The notes under the pieces were generated by a model, which did not search any database, was not told the origin of the DNA, and was given only the letters and a program-made list of their open reading frames with translations. From positions 9,310-73,309 of IMG/VR virus record IMGVR_UViG_3300032334_002267: a DNA stretch of 64,000 bases; one strand, written 5' to 3'. A program made the translations under genes and the position numbers. Below are positions 11,369-20,266 of this stretch, piece after piece. The stretch's first letter is position 1. Each line of letters begins with the position of its first letter. This DNA comes from a virus. Lineage: Duplodnaviria; Heunggongvirae; Uroviricota; Caudoviricetes.

Positions 11369-12388
11369 ATGAAGAATTACTATTCAATTTTAGGAGTATC
11401 CAAGGATTCATCCACTGAGGATATAAAAAAGGCTTACCGAAAACTTGCGATGGAATATCACCCGGATAAAAATCCAGGCAACAGCGCAGCGGAAGAAAAA
11501 TTTAAGGAGATTAAAGAAGCCTATGAGACTTTATCCGATTCCGACAAAAGAGCAAGATACGATAACCCTAATCCGTTTCAAGGATTTGGAAACGGATCTG
11601 GAAATTTCTGGGAGAATAATCCATTTCAAACTGGTAATTTTTCATCGTTCTTTGGAGGAAGAGAAAAGCAACAAGCTAAGGGTAAAAATATAAACACGAT
11701 AATAACTTTATCCCTTGATGAAATCCTAACTGGGGTAACCAAAAGGATTAGAGTTGTTAGAAGAGCACAATGTGAACCTTGTAAAGGAACAGGAGCAGAA
11801 AACGCTGAAACCATAACATGTCCAACATGTGGAGGTATTGGAAGAATCAACAAGACCGTTCACCACCCATTTGGTGAAATGGTAGTTCAAGAAGCTTGTA
11901 AAGCATGTATGGGAAGTGGAAGTTACTCTAAGAAAGCATGCTCAACTTGTCAAGGACACGGAACGTACCGAAAAGAGGAAGAAATGGATATCAGCGTTCC
12001 TAGAGGATCTGTTTCAGGGGTATCTTTTCTTCTAGCAGGAAGAGGAGATTGGGCAAAAGCACCTTCGAACCCTGGAGATCTTGTTGTAGCTATTGAAGAA
12101 TATCTACATCCTGTTTATAAAAGAGATGGTCTTAATCTCGTTTGTGAAAAGACTCTGTCCTTTAAAGACGTTTGTCTTGGAACGGATGTCGAATTTCCTA
12201 ATTTGAAAGGTGCAGCATTCAAGATAAAAATTCCACCCGGAACTAACCCAGGGAAGATTTTTAGACTACAAGGAAAGGGAATACCCGATTTCAATGGATT
12301 CGGACAGGGTGATATTTTAGTAAAAATAAACATGGAAGTGCCTAAGGAGCTTACACCCGAGCAAGAAAAGGCATTAGAATACTTTTAA
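11369..12388 (+). CDS. dnaJ: Full-length DnaJ co-chaperone
   Basis: J domain with HPD, G/F-rich region, four CxxCxGxG motifs, C-terminal substrate-binding domain. Confidence 0.97.
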   Translation: MKNYYSILGVSKDSSTEDIKKAYRKLAMEYHPDKNPGNSAAEEKFKEIKEAYETLSDSDKRARYDNPNPFQGFGNGSGNFWENNPFQTGNFSSFFGGREKQQAKGKNINTIITLSLDEILTGVTKRIRVVRRAQCEPCKGTGAENAETITCPTCGGIGRINKTVHHPFGEMVVQEACKACMGSGSYSKKACSTCQGHGTYRKEEEMDISVPRGSVSGVSFLLAGRGDWAKAPSNPGDLVVAIEEYLHPVYKRDGLNLVCEKTLSFKDVCLGTDVEFPNLKGAAFKIKIPPGTNPGKIFRLQGKGIPDFNGFGQGDILVKINMEVPKELTPEQEKALEYF

Positions 12389-12391
12389 ACT

Positions 12392-12724
12392 ATGAGTCAA
12401 ATAAACTTATTAATGATCTTTACCGGATGGTGTATCACCACCATAATTGTAAATGGATCAATCTTCGAAGGGATGAGAAATTACCTAATCGTTAAAAGCC
12501 CATTTTTCGGGAAATTGGTTTCATGTATCATGTGTTTAGGACTCTGGGTAGGTGTTATCCTTCACTGGCCTCTGATGAGATTTGGGGTGGCTCCAATGAT
12601 AATTACAGGAAAGGCATTCTGGTTAAGCTACGTTTTCATCCCCTTTATTCAAAGTGGCTCTGGTGTTCTTATAGAATCTGCCATTATTTTCTTAATTAAG
12701 AAAGCTCCTAGATCGGATATATAA
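12392..12724 (+). CDS. DUF1360-like membrane protein
   Basis: Hydrophobic helices with FFGKLVSCIMCLGLW (CxxC.G.W). Confidence 0.65.
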   Translation: MSQINLLMIFTGWCITTIIVNGSIFEGMRNYLIVKSPFFGKLVSCIMCLGLWVGVILHWPLMRFGVAPMIITGKAFWLSYVFIPFIQSGSGVLIESAIIFLIKKAPRSDI

Positions 12725-12742
12725 AAGAAAAAAATCCTCAGG

Positions 12743-14035
12743 ATGCCTAGAATTAACAATTTTAGTGAATTTGAAAAGATTTACGAGAACGAGAAAAGAA
12801 TGTGCATTTTGCACGAGTCTAACTCTAGCGAAGAGCACTTGGACGAAGGTCTAGGTGATTGGTTCATTTCAAATGTTTGGGACCCAATTAAAAGCGGTGC
12901 CTCTAAGGCATGGAACTGGGTAACTGGCAAAAGCGGTGAAGAAACTAAGAAAGCTGCACCAGGTCAAACTCAAGCAAAAACTAACGCACCAAACGCTCCC
13001 ACAAACAAAACGGGTTCAAAAAGTCCAGCAGGATCCACTGACTATACCCTCGGAGATGCAGAAGAAGCTGGTAGCCAAAGAGCTGCCGGAGTTGGTGACA
13101 TCATAATGGATAAATTACATAAGAGTTTAAGAGGTGGAGAAGGAACTGGTATGATAATCGGAGGTAAGCTAGCTTTCGATTTCTTTTCTGTTGATAAAAA
13201 ATCATACAAACAACTGGGATCAAGCATGCCTGCTCCTGCACCATCAACACTTAATAAAGCTATTTCAACAACAAAGGGACTTGAGATAAAAGAAGATCCT
13301 TTTGCTATGACAAAAGCTGCAATGGAGAAAGAAGGCAAAAAAGTTGAACCCCCAGATTATGCTAAATTAACAGGTTCAGAATATTATCTTTCTGCCTGGG
13401 ATGATCTTTTAGATATGAGTTGGAATGGAATCTACAAAGCATTAAAGTCTAGAGGACATGATGACATAGACACAAAGAAATACAACCTAGTTGCATTCAG
13501 AAATAAGAAAGATATAAAATCAACATCGTCTAATAGATTTGTTGATCTTTTCGTAGTTTTAGGTCCTAAGAAAGATGGAATGGTTGAAAAATTCTTAGGC
13601 ACAACCACGCCATCACCGGTTTATTTATACGAGCCATATAGAAACTATCTTATAGCAGCTGGCGTTAAATGGCTGGGTAATTCTAAAGGATCAACGATCC
13701 TAAATACTGGCAAATACAAATTTACGATTGACAAATTTCACGAGATGAATAGAGATTGTTTAATTCAAGAATCTGAAGTTTCAATAAGTGAAATACCTCC
13801 TGTCAAAACACTAACAGCTGCTAAGGAGTTTAAAACTTACGAGCCAGGAACACCTAAGACAGGAAACTTTAAGCTGAGAATATATTCCACCGGTAAATCA
13901 TCTCAAACCACCATGGACAACATTTCAAACGGTTCCATGGTTATGGTGGGTCCCGGTTCTATAGAAAGAATCAAAGGCTTCTGTCAGGATAAAACTAACG
14001 AGGGAAAGATTGATTTTATTTTAGTCGATCTCTAA
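12743..14035 (+). CDS. Hypothetical protein with capsid-targeting-like leader; C-terminal domain possibly a degenerate L,D-transpeptidase-like fold
   Basis: Starts MPRINNFSEFEKIYE; low-complexity linker; YNLVAFRN...NRFVDLF...TTTPS...NTGKY; GATATATA at 12716. Confidence 0.7.
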   Translation: MPRINNFSEFEKIYENEKRMCILHESNSSEEHLDEGLGDWFISNVWDPIKSGASKAWNWVTGKSGEETKKAAPGQTQAKTNAPNAPTNKTGSKSPAGSTDYTLGDAEEAGSQRAAGVGDIIMDKLHKSLRGGEGTGMIIGGKLAFDFFSVDKKSYKQLGSSMPAPAPSTLNKAISTTKGLEIKEDPFAMTKAAMEKEGKKVEPPDYAKLTGSEYYLSAWDDLLDMSWNGIYKALKSRGHDDIDTKKYNLVAFRNKKDIKSTSSNRFVDLFVVLGPKKDGMVEKFLGTTTPSPVYLYEPYRNYLIAAGVKWLGNSKGSTILNTGKYKFTIDKFHEMNRDCLIQESEVSISEIPPVKTLTAAKEFKTYEPGTPKTGNFKLRIYSTGKSSQTTMDNISNGSMVMVGPGSIERIKGFCQDKTNEGKIDFILVDL

Positions 14036-14097
14036 AAAGTGCTTTTACCAGGAAACCTTTAGACGTTCTTTCGATAGAACTTTTAAAGTATAAATGA

Positions 14098-15507
14098 ATG
14101 GCTAATTCGACACTAAGCATTTCCGATCAAATCAACACCCAGTATAGATCTTATGCGATCTACGTTTTACAAGGAAGAGGTATTCCTAATTTCTATGATG
14201 CACTAACTCCAGTGCAAAGATTAATCCTAGAAAATTCACCAATCAGGTTCAACAAGACAGTTGGACTAGTAGGCGAGGTTATTAAAACGGGACTTTATCA
14301 CCACGGGGATTCTTCTTTGGCCGGTGCTATTTCCAAATTGGCTAGACCGTTTGGATGCTCCTATGGAATTCTAGACGGTGATGGATTTTTTGGTTCTCCT
14401 GTTAATCCAAGTCCTTCAGCCCCGAGATACACCTCTGTTAAGATAAACCAAAAGGTAAAGGATCTCATCATTAAGAATTCAGATCTGAATGAGAAAAACG
14501 AAGAAGGAGGACATGATTGGCTTCACACAGAAGTTCCTATAGGCCTTTTAAGTCACGTAGTAGGTATTGCAGTAGGATATAGAAGTAATATCCTTCCTAG
14601 AAAATTTGAAGACGTTGTTGAGTACCTAAATGGTTCTTCAAAGCTATTAAAACCTTACTTTAAGGATTTCTCAGGAAAGATAACAAGATTCAATAATGAG
14701 GAAAGCACCTGGCTATTAGAAAGCGGATTTGATGTAGACAATTCTAAGAAAACTGTTCACATCTATGATTTGCCTCCCGTTATGAGATATGACAGCTTTA
14801 TTAATAAGCTAGATTCTAAGCTCGAAAATTCAGGTGCTGAGTATAGAATAGAGAATAGATCTCAGAGTAAATGCGATCTTATAGTAGCCATAAGAGGGGT
14901 AGATCAAACGAGATTCAATGAGATAGTAGCAACTATGTCTAAGATGTGCAAGATCATAGTAAAGGAAGATGTTATCTTTGTTAAGGATGGTGGGGTTATG
15001 GAATTCACATCGGTTAAAGAATATCTGGATAATTTTAAGGGACATCTGGAATTAGTTAGACTTAAAAGATTGGTTAAGGATTCCAATGACTATTCTAAGG
15101 AATTGATATTTCTTGAAGCCAAATTAAAGTTCTTAAACTTTATGATCCTTAAGAAAAGAGCAAATAAAGAGATCATAGATTTTCTATCCGGCTTTGAGGG
15201 ATGGGTATCAAATAGACTTCAAAAGATAGAGATCATTAAATTGAATTCTGATCACATCAAGCAGACAGAGATTGACATCAAGGAATTAAAATCCAAAATA
15301 GCAGAGGTTAAGAAGAAAGTAAAGGAGCAAGAGAAAAAGCACAAGGATGTTATGGCTTCAATTACAAAGCTAGGAAAAATAAAGGTTAATAAAAGTGCTA
15401 GTCTAAATCTCTTTGAATCCACTCAGATAGATGGTATAGAGATTTTCCAAGTAGAGGAAGAAGATGAAGATAATGAGGAAGAAATTCAGGAAGAGGACGA
15501 AATTTAA
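14098..15507 (+). CDS. Type IIA DNA topoisomerase, breakage-reunion subunit (GyrA/ParC, T4 gp52-like)
   Basis: RGIPNFYDALTPVQR, YHHGDSS, APRYT catalytic Tyr, GIAVGY; acidic C-tail. Confidence 0.95.
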   Translation: MANSTLSISDQINTQYRSYAIYVLQGRGIPNFYDALTPVQRLILENSPIRFNKTVGLVGEVIKTGLYHHGDSSLAGAISKLARPFGCSYGILDGDGFFGSPVNPSPSAPRYTSVKINQKVKDLIIKNSDLNEKNEEGGHDWLHTEVPIGLLSHVVGIAVGYRSNILPRKFEDVVEYLNGSSKLLKPYFKDFSGKITRFNNEESTWLLESGFDVDNSKKTVHIYDLPPVMRYDSFINKLDSKLENSGAEYRIENRSQSKCDLIVAIRGVDQTRFNEIVATMSKMCKIIVKEDVIFVKDGGVMEFTSVKEYLDNFKGHLELVRLKRLVKDSNDYSKELIFLEAKLKFLNFMILKKRANKEIIDFLSGFEGWVSNRLQKIEIIKLNSDHIKQTEIDIKELKSKIAEVKKKVKEQEKKHKDVMASITKLGKIKVNKSASLNLFESTQIDGIEIFQVEEEDEDNEEEIQEEDEI

Positions 15508-15544
15508 TTAGAAACAGTCATAAAACTATAAATACAATTAAAAG

Positions 15545-16309
15545 ATGAAATTAAGAATTACAAGTATCCCGAACTTAATTGCTTTTTTAAAAAAGCTTAA
15601 AACGGTTGATAAAAGTGTTATTTTGGAAATCACAAAGGATAAAGTCTTTTCCAAAGTCCACACCCCCGATAAATCGGTTATGAAATACGCAAGCGTCGCT
15701 CTTCAGGATGTTCTAGAAGGTGATGTTGATTGGAAAAAGATAAAGGGTGAAAGAATTAAAATTGGTATTATAGATGCTACAAGACTAATGGAAGCATTTA
15801 AACACTTCAGACCAGAAGAAGATGTTTACATGGAAATTAGCGTGGACACTGTAGACGACCAATCGGTTTCTACCGAGTTAAAGCTCACCTCAGCTTCTTT
15901 GAATATCAAATTGAGATGTGCAGATCTTTCCCTTCTATCTTATGTGGAGGATAATATTTTGTCTATGGTTCATTCTAAAGATGATTCAGTAGCAAACTTC
16001 AAGATCTACCAATCTGACTTTACAACCATACTTTCACTATGCGGTCTAGAAACAAATTCTGAGGAAATCCTGGTGTTTGACATCACAACAAAGAATGTTC
16101 ACGCCAAAGGGGATTCTTTCAGTTATAAGCTAAACTTAGGACCTTCAGAGATCAACATGGATGAAGATTCTTCGGCTTCCAATATTTATAAAAATCAGCT
16201 CTCTTACATGGAACCTGAAACTTGCCAAGTTTTTGTACATGGCAATAGATTAGTTTTAGTTTCAGAACAATCAACAACATCCATCGCAATTGGATTAGTT
16301 GAAAAATAA
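15545..16309 (+). CDS. Putative DNA polymerase sliding clamp (gp45/PCNA-like)
   Basis: 254 aa with an alternating beta-alpha-alpha-beta pattern, directly upstream of PolB. Confidence 0.7.
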   Translation: MKLRITSIPNLIAFLKKLKTVDKSVILEITKDKVFSKVHTPDKSVMKYASVALQDVLEGDVDWKKIKGERIKIGIIDATRLMEAFKHFRPEEDVYMEISVDTVDDQSVSTELKLTSASLNIKLRCADLSLLSYVEDNILSMVHSKDDSVANFKIYQSDFTTILSLCGLETNSEEILVFDITTKNVHAKGDSFSYKLNLGPSEINMDEDSSASNIYKNQLSYMEPETCQVFVHGNRLVLVSEQSTTSIAIGLVEK

Positions 16310-16317
16310 AATATTAA

Positions 16318-17466
16318 ATGACATCCGAAGAAATAAAAGAAATAGAAGAGAAGATAGAGAGGCTCACTTCCCTTAAGAATGAATTAAAGAACGAAGAGCA
16401 GGCTGTTAAATTAACAATGAATTCCATATACGGAGCGATTGGTAATAACTGGTTTGTTTGCTTCAACCCGGATGTTGCTGAAGCGGTTACGCTACAGGGA
16501 CAGGATTTGATTAAATATTCGGAGAAGATTGTATTTAGATATTTTAGTGAATTCTGGCATAAAGACACTGATCTTCATGAAAAATTAGGATTAACCTCTG
16601 TAAGAAAGATAAGTAGCCCTATGACCATATACGGAGACACCGATTCCAATTATGTTACATTCCAAGAGGTCGTTTCCTCTTGCGATTGGAAAGGAGAAGG
16701 AAAGGATCTCATTCTTAAAATTAACGAATATAGATTAAAGGGATATCTTAGAAATTGCTTTGATATCTATTCTAAGAAATGGGGAACAGAGAATTATCAG
16801 GATTTTGAGTTAGAGAACATAGCATGCAATGCGATATTCTTAGGTAAGAAAAAATATGTGGCTAATCTTGTTTACGAGGATGGTGTTCACATAGATCCTT
16901 TAAAGAGGATGAAGATTGTAGGTGTTGAAATGATTAAAGGGGGAACCCCTCCTTTCGTAAGACAGAAATTGGAATATCTAACAAAGTTCATCTTCTCCAA
17001 AGGTAAAAGCTTTGATATCAGAGAGTTTGTAAAAGAACTCAAGGACATCAAGAAAGAATTTAAGTTACAAGAGCCTAGAAACATATCTGCTTCTGTAAAT
17101 GTCAATAACTATGAGAAATTTATTCTCAATGATGTAACTGCTCTTGAAGTTGGTAAGGCATGTCCTATACATGTTAGAGCTTCTGCTTATCATAACTATC
17201 TTCTAAACAACTCCAAATATAAAGACAAATATCCTTTACTTAGAAGTGGAGATAAGGTTAACTACTACTTTGTTAAAGTTAAATCCATAGCTGATAATAA
17301 CGTTTTTGCGTATACTCAGGGAACATATCCATATGAATTTGCTCCTCCTGTGGATCACGACGAGCAGTTTACTAAGACAATTCTAGATCCAATTAACCGA
17401 TTTATAGAGGTTATGGGCTATAATCCAATCAGTCCTAATCTTTTCATGATTAATGCTTTATTTTAA
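16318..17466 (+). CDS. Family B DNA polymerase, C-terminal half only (second finger helix, palm, thumb)
   Basis: KLTMNSIYG (motif B), YGDTDS (motif C), KKKY, GVEMIK; no exonuclease domain or motif A. Confidence 0.93.
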   Translation: MTSEEIKEIEEKIERLTSLKNELKNEEQAVKLTMNSIYGAIGNNWFVCFNPDVAEAVTLQGQDLIKYSEKIVFRYFSEFWHKDTDLHEKLGLTSVRKISSPMTIYGDTDSNYVTFQEVVSSCDWKGEGKDLILKINEYRLKGYLRNCFDIYSKKWGTENYQDFELENIACNAIFLGKKKYVANLVYEDGVHIDPLKRMKIVGVEMIKGGTPPFVRQKLEYLTKFIFSKGKSFDIREFVKELKDIKKEFKLQEPRNISASVNVNNYEKFILNDVTALEVGKACPIHVRASAYHNYLLNNSKYKDKYPLLRSGDKVNYYFVKVKSIADNNVFAYTQGTYPYEFAPPVDHDEQFTKTILDPINRFIEVMGYNPISPNLFMINALF

Positions 17467-17663
17467 TGGGATTCAATAAAAGATATTTACCGGAGTTGGA
17501 AGATCTAAAGGAACTTCATCAAAAAATTGGGAACGATCAAGATTTCATAAAGCATGTTGTTGGAAAGTCCGATTGCTTATTAGGTCCTAGCGAATCACAC
17601 CTGTATCTGGAGATGGTTTACGAAAAGGTTAAAAATTCGAAAATTTCAGAAAAAAATGACTAA
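17466..17663 (+). CDS. Small hypothetical protein
   Basis: MGFNKRYLPELEDLK; TAATG coupling to the polymerase stop. Confidence 0.7.
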   Translation: MGFNKRYLPELEDLKELHQKIGNDQDFIKHVVGKSDCLLGPSESHLYLEMVYEKVKNSKISEKND

Positions 17664-17901
17664 GATCTTCGACCTGGACGGAAGCTATGAGGAATATAGA
17701 ATTCTAATGTTAATCGAAGCGGAGGAGATTTTAGGGGATAAGAAAAGATTTATCAGCCAAGACCCCACCCCTATGGAGATCAAATCTATTAAAATTCAGG
17801 ATCTACTGAATTTTTTCTATGTTGAGGAGGAGCATGAGATCTATAATGAGCTTTATTCTATCTATAGGGCCATATACATTAAGAATATCCTCCACATTTA
17901 G
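17656..17901 (+). CDS. Small hypothetical protein
   Basis: 81-aa ORF in operon. Confidence 0.6.
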   Translation: MTKIFDLDGSYEEYRILMLIEAEEILGDKKRFISQDPTPMEIKSIKIQDLLNFFYVEEEHEIYNELYSIYRAIYIKNILHI

Positions 17902-17913
17902 CTCTTTCCAAGG

Positions 17914-17921
17914 GATATATA
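17914..17921 (+). promoter_or_regulatory. GATATATA box (putative late promoter) upstream of rimK
   Basis: Intergenic, 24 nt before the ATG. Confidence 0.6.
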
Positions 17922-17945
17922 CATAAAAAAACAGAGATTAATTAA

Positions 17946-19403
17946 ATGTCATCGAATAAAGTTTTAAATTTCTGGTCTTTTCTCAATGAGGCTAAGACTG
18001 AATCCGTAAAAGTTGTGGTTTTAACAGGAACTGTAGAGGGAAGTAAAACAGCAAAGTCTTTTGCCGAAGAGTGCAAAAAAAGAGGTGCAGAATGCCACGT
18101 AGTTGATGTAAATACGGTGGTTCTAGAGAAGGTTTACAATGGACATCTTCTAAAGACAGAAGAGGATGATATTTTGATAGATCCAACCTCAACTGTTATA
18201 GTTCCTAGAAGAGGTGTTATCGACAACTCTTACACTAAGAAGATAATGAACCAGTTGGAGGCAGCTAGATACTTTACTGTCAACACGCTTGAATCTATAG
18301 AGATTTGCGAAAACAAGTTCGTTACCTCACAGGTTTTAGAAGATGCGGGTCTACCCGTACCTAAATATGCTTTAGTGCCAAGCGAGGAAGCTTTAGATTC
18401 TGCTTTAGAAGCAATAGGAGGTAAATTTCCTATAGTTATGAAACTCCTTTCAGGGACTCAAGGAATTGGTGTATCTATAGTTGATTCGTATGCTTCTTAT
18501 AAATCCGTTTATCAAACGATCAGAAAACTCGACGAGGATAGCGAGATTCTTATCCAAGAGAAAATAGATTCAAATTACGATTTAAGAATCCAAGTTATAG
18601 TTAAAAAGTTCGATCCGCTAAATCAGAAGAAAGACAACTGTATTATTCTGGGATCTATGAAAAGAGAAGCGGTTAAGAAAGACTTCAGAACAAACTATTC
18701 ATTAGGTGGAGAGGTTTCTAAATATGATATTGATGAGAAACTAACAGAGATAGCTTGTAAAGCTGCTAATGCAGTTGGTTGTCACTGGTGTGGAGTTGAT
18801 ATTATGATAGATTCTAAAACGGAAGAACCCTATATTCTAGAAGTTAACTCTTCTCCAGGAACGGAGGGTATATCTAAAGCGATAGGAAGACCTATTGTAG
18901 ATGATGTACTAAATTACATTCTGGATAAAAAAGAATGGAGCTATTCAACATTAGAATGCGGATATTTAGAAAAGATCGCAGTTCCTGGTCTTGGTAGCTT
19001 TATAGCTAAATTCGACACAGGTAATGGTGCTAAATCTTGTAGCATTCATGCAGATGAGATAGAGGAAAAAGGAAATAAGCTTATCTGGAAATGCGGGGAC
19101 AAGAAATTTGTTAGCGAAATAATCGGTTACTCAGATGCTGAGGTTGGAAGAGATACTCACACAAGACCAATCATTGAAATGGACATCGTGTTTAATGATA
19201 TTCTAATCCCAAAGGTTAAGATATCACCGGTTGATAGAACAGGAAAGAGCACTCCATTCTTAGCGAACAGAACTCTTATGAAAAAGTTGGGTCTTATAGT
19301 TAATCCAAATAAAGCTTTCGTGGTAACTGAAAATCCAGATTTAAAATATACCCCTATGGAAGCTAAGGGTGAAGAGCACGCAGGAATTTACTTTGAAAAA
19401 TAA
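17946..19403 (+). CDS. rimK: RimK-family ATP-grasp glutamate ligase fused to a retropepsin-like (RimB/putative ATP-dependent Zn protease family) protease
   Basis: ENKFVT, PIVMKLLSGTQGIGV, LIQEKI, DLRI, FRTNYSLGG, GVDI, LEVNSSPG; then KFDTGNG, DRTG..TPFL.NR. Confidence 0.9.
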   Translation: MSSNKVLNFWSFLNEAKTESVKVVVLTGTVEGSKTAKSFAEECKKRGAECHVVDVNTVVLEKVYNGHLLKTEEDDILIDPTSTVIVPRRGVIDNSYTKKIMNQLEAARYFTVNTLESIEICENKFVTSQVLEDAGLPVPKYALVPSEEALDSALEAIGGKFPIVMKLLSGTQGIGVSIVDSYASYKSVYQTIRKLDEDSEILIQEKIDSNYDLRIQVIVKKFDPLNQKKDNCIILGSMKREAVKKDFRTNYSLGGEVSKYDIDEKLTEIACKAANAVGCHWCGVDIMIDSKTEEPYILEVNSSPGTEGISKAIGRPIVDDVLNYILDKKEWSYSTLECGYLEKIAVPGLGSFIAKFDTGNGAKSCSIHADEIEEKGNKLIWKCGDKKFVSEIIGYSDAEVGRDTHTRPIIEMDIVFNDILIPKVKISPVDRTGKSTPFLANRTLMKKLGLIVNPNKAFVVTENPDLKYTPMEAKGEEHAGIYFEK

Positions 19404-19416
19404 ATAATAAATAAAA

Positions 19417-19599
19417 ATGAGCACTCAATCAGAAAAAACTGAAAAAATCCAGGTTCTCCTATCAGAAGAGGATCTTACAGATCTCACTAGAAAAATCGCA
19501 AAGAAAGCTCTTTCAAAAGGAGAGGCACCGGTTTCTATTTCACAATATGTGAGAAATATTATTAGAAGAGATCTCGGTAAGACTACTGAGAACGATTAA
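19417..19599 (+). CDS. Ribbon-helix-helix (CopG/MetJ-like) DNA-binding protein
   Basis: KTEKIQVLLSEEDL...SISQYVRNII pattern. Confidence 0.65.
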   Translation: MSTQSEKTEKIQVLLSEEDLTDLTRKIAKKALSKGEAPVSISQYVRNIIRRDLGKTTEND

Positions 19600-19867
19600 A
19601 ATAATCTGAAAATTTTAACACCCTGTTGGATGATTCCTGCGGGGTGTTTTTTTGTTCCTCCCTATCTAGAATCTCATTTTTGGCATCGTCATCTATGTCT
19701 ATTTCATGGGGTTCCTCCTGGTCGTCTCCATAGGTAGAAGGCTTATCCAGATCCATTTCTTCGGGCTCGTAAACTTCATCCCATGAAGGATTTCCCTCGG
19801 ATCTTTCAATTTCTTGGTTTAATCCACTTGACTGCAAGTTTTGATCTATAACATTTTCTTGATCCAT
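19583..19867 (-). CDS. Acidic hypothetical protein
   Basis: 94-aa ORF; upstream ATATATATTC box on the minus strand; ends RVLKFSDYFNRSQ. Confidence 0.65.
   Translation of the reverse strand: MDQENVIDQNLQSSGLNQEIERSEGNPSWDEVYEPEEMDLDKPSTYGDDQEEPHEIDIDDDAKNEILDREEQKNTPQESSNRVLKFSDYFNRSQ
19617..19653 (+). terminator. Probable intrinsic terminator lying inside the antisense ORF
   Basis: AACACCCTG...CGGGGTGTT then T7, just after the RHH gene. Confidence 0.5.
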
Positions 19868-19883
19868 AAATAATGTGGTTTAG

Positions 19884-20213
19884 ATGAATATATATTCCAT
19901 GAAAAAACTATTAGAAATGGACGACCTCGACAGCTTAGACCTCAATGATGCTGAGAGAGCGGAGATCAAAAACTGGGTCAAAAAATATGAGAAGTTTTAT
20001 AATTTCCATGATAGTGGGAATTTCTTAGATTCTGTTGATTCCCTTACGGATGATTGTTTAAATCAACTAGACATAGACAAAACTAAAAGAGATGAGGTTA
20101 AAGATTATCTACAAAGTCTATATGACCTATCCGACGGTCTTTCCGTTGTAATGGCACCAGACCCACAATTTCAATATAATAACATCGACCAAGTTCAAAG
20201 ATTTCAATACTAG
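19884..20213 (+). CDS. Acidic hypothetical protein
   Basis: 109-aa ORF, divergent from 19867. Confidence 0.7.
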   Translation: MNIYSMKKLLEMDDLDSLDLNDAERAEIKNWVKKYEKFYNFHDSGNFLDSVDSLTDDCLNQLDIDKTKRDEVKDYLQSLYDLSDGLSVVMAPDPQFQYNNIDQVQRFQY

Positions 20214-20216
20214 GTC

Positions 20217-20244
20217 GAAACTTTTTTCCCGAAATTCATATAAT
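20217..20244 (+). promoter_or_regulatory. Putative phage promoter GAAACTT-N15-TATAAT
   Basis: Recurrent motif upstream of the DUF2828 gene. Confidence 0.6.
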
Positions 20245-20266
20245 TCCTAAATAATCGGAAATTATT

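Noticed and set aside
15545-16309. Clamp-like ORF as the missing N-terminal half of PolB (frameshift)
   Set aside because: It has no exonuclease DxE or motif A sequence, ends in a clean stop, and has clamp-like size and pattern.
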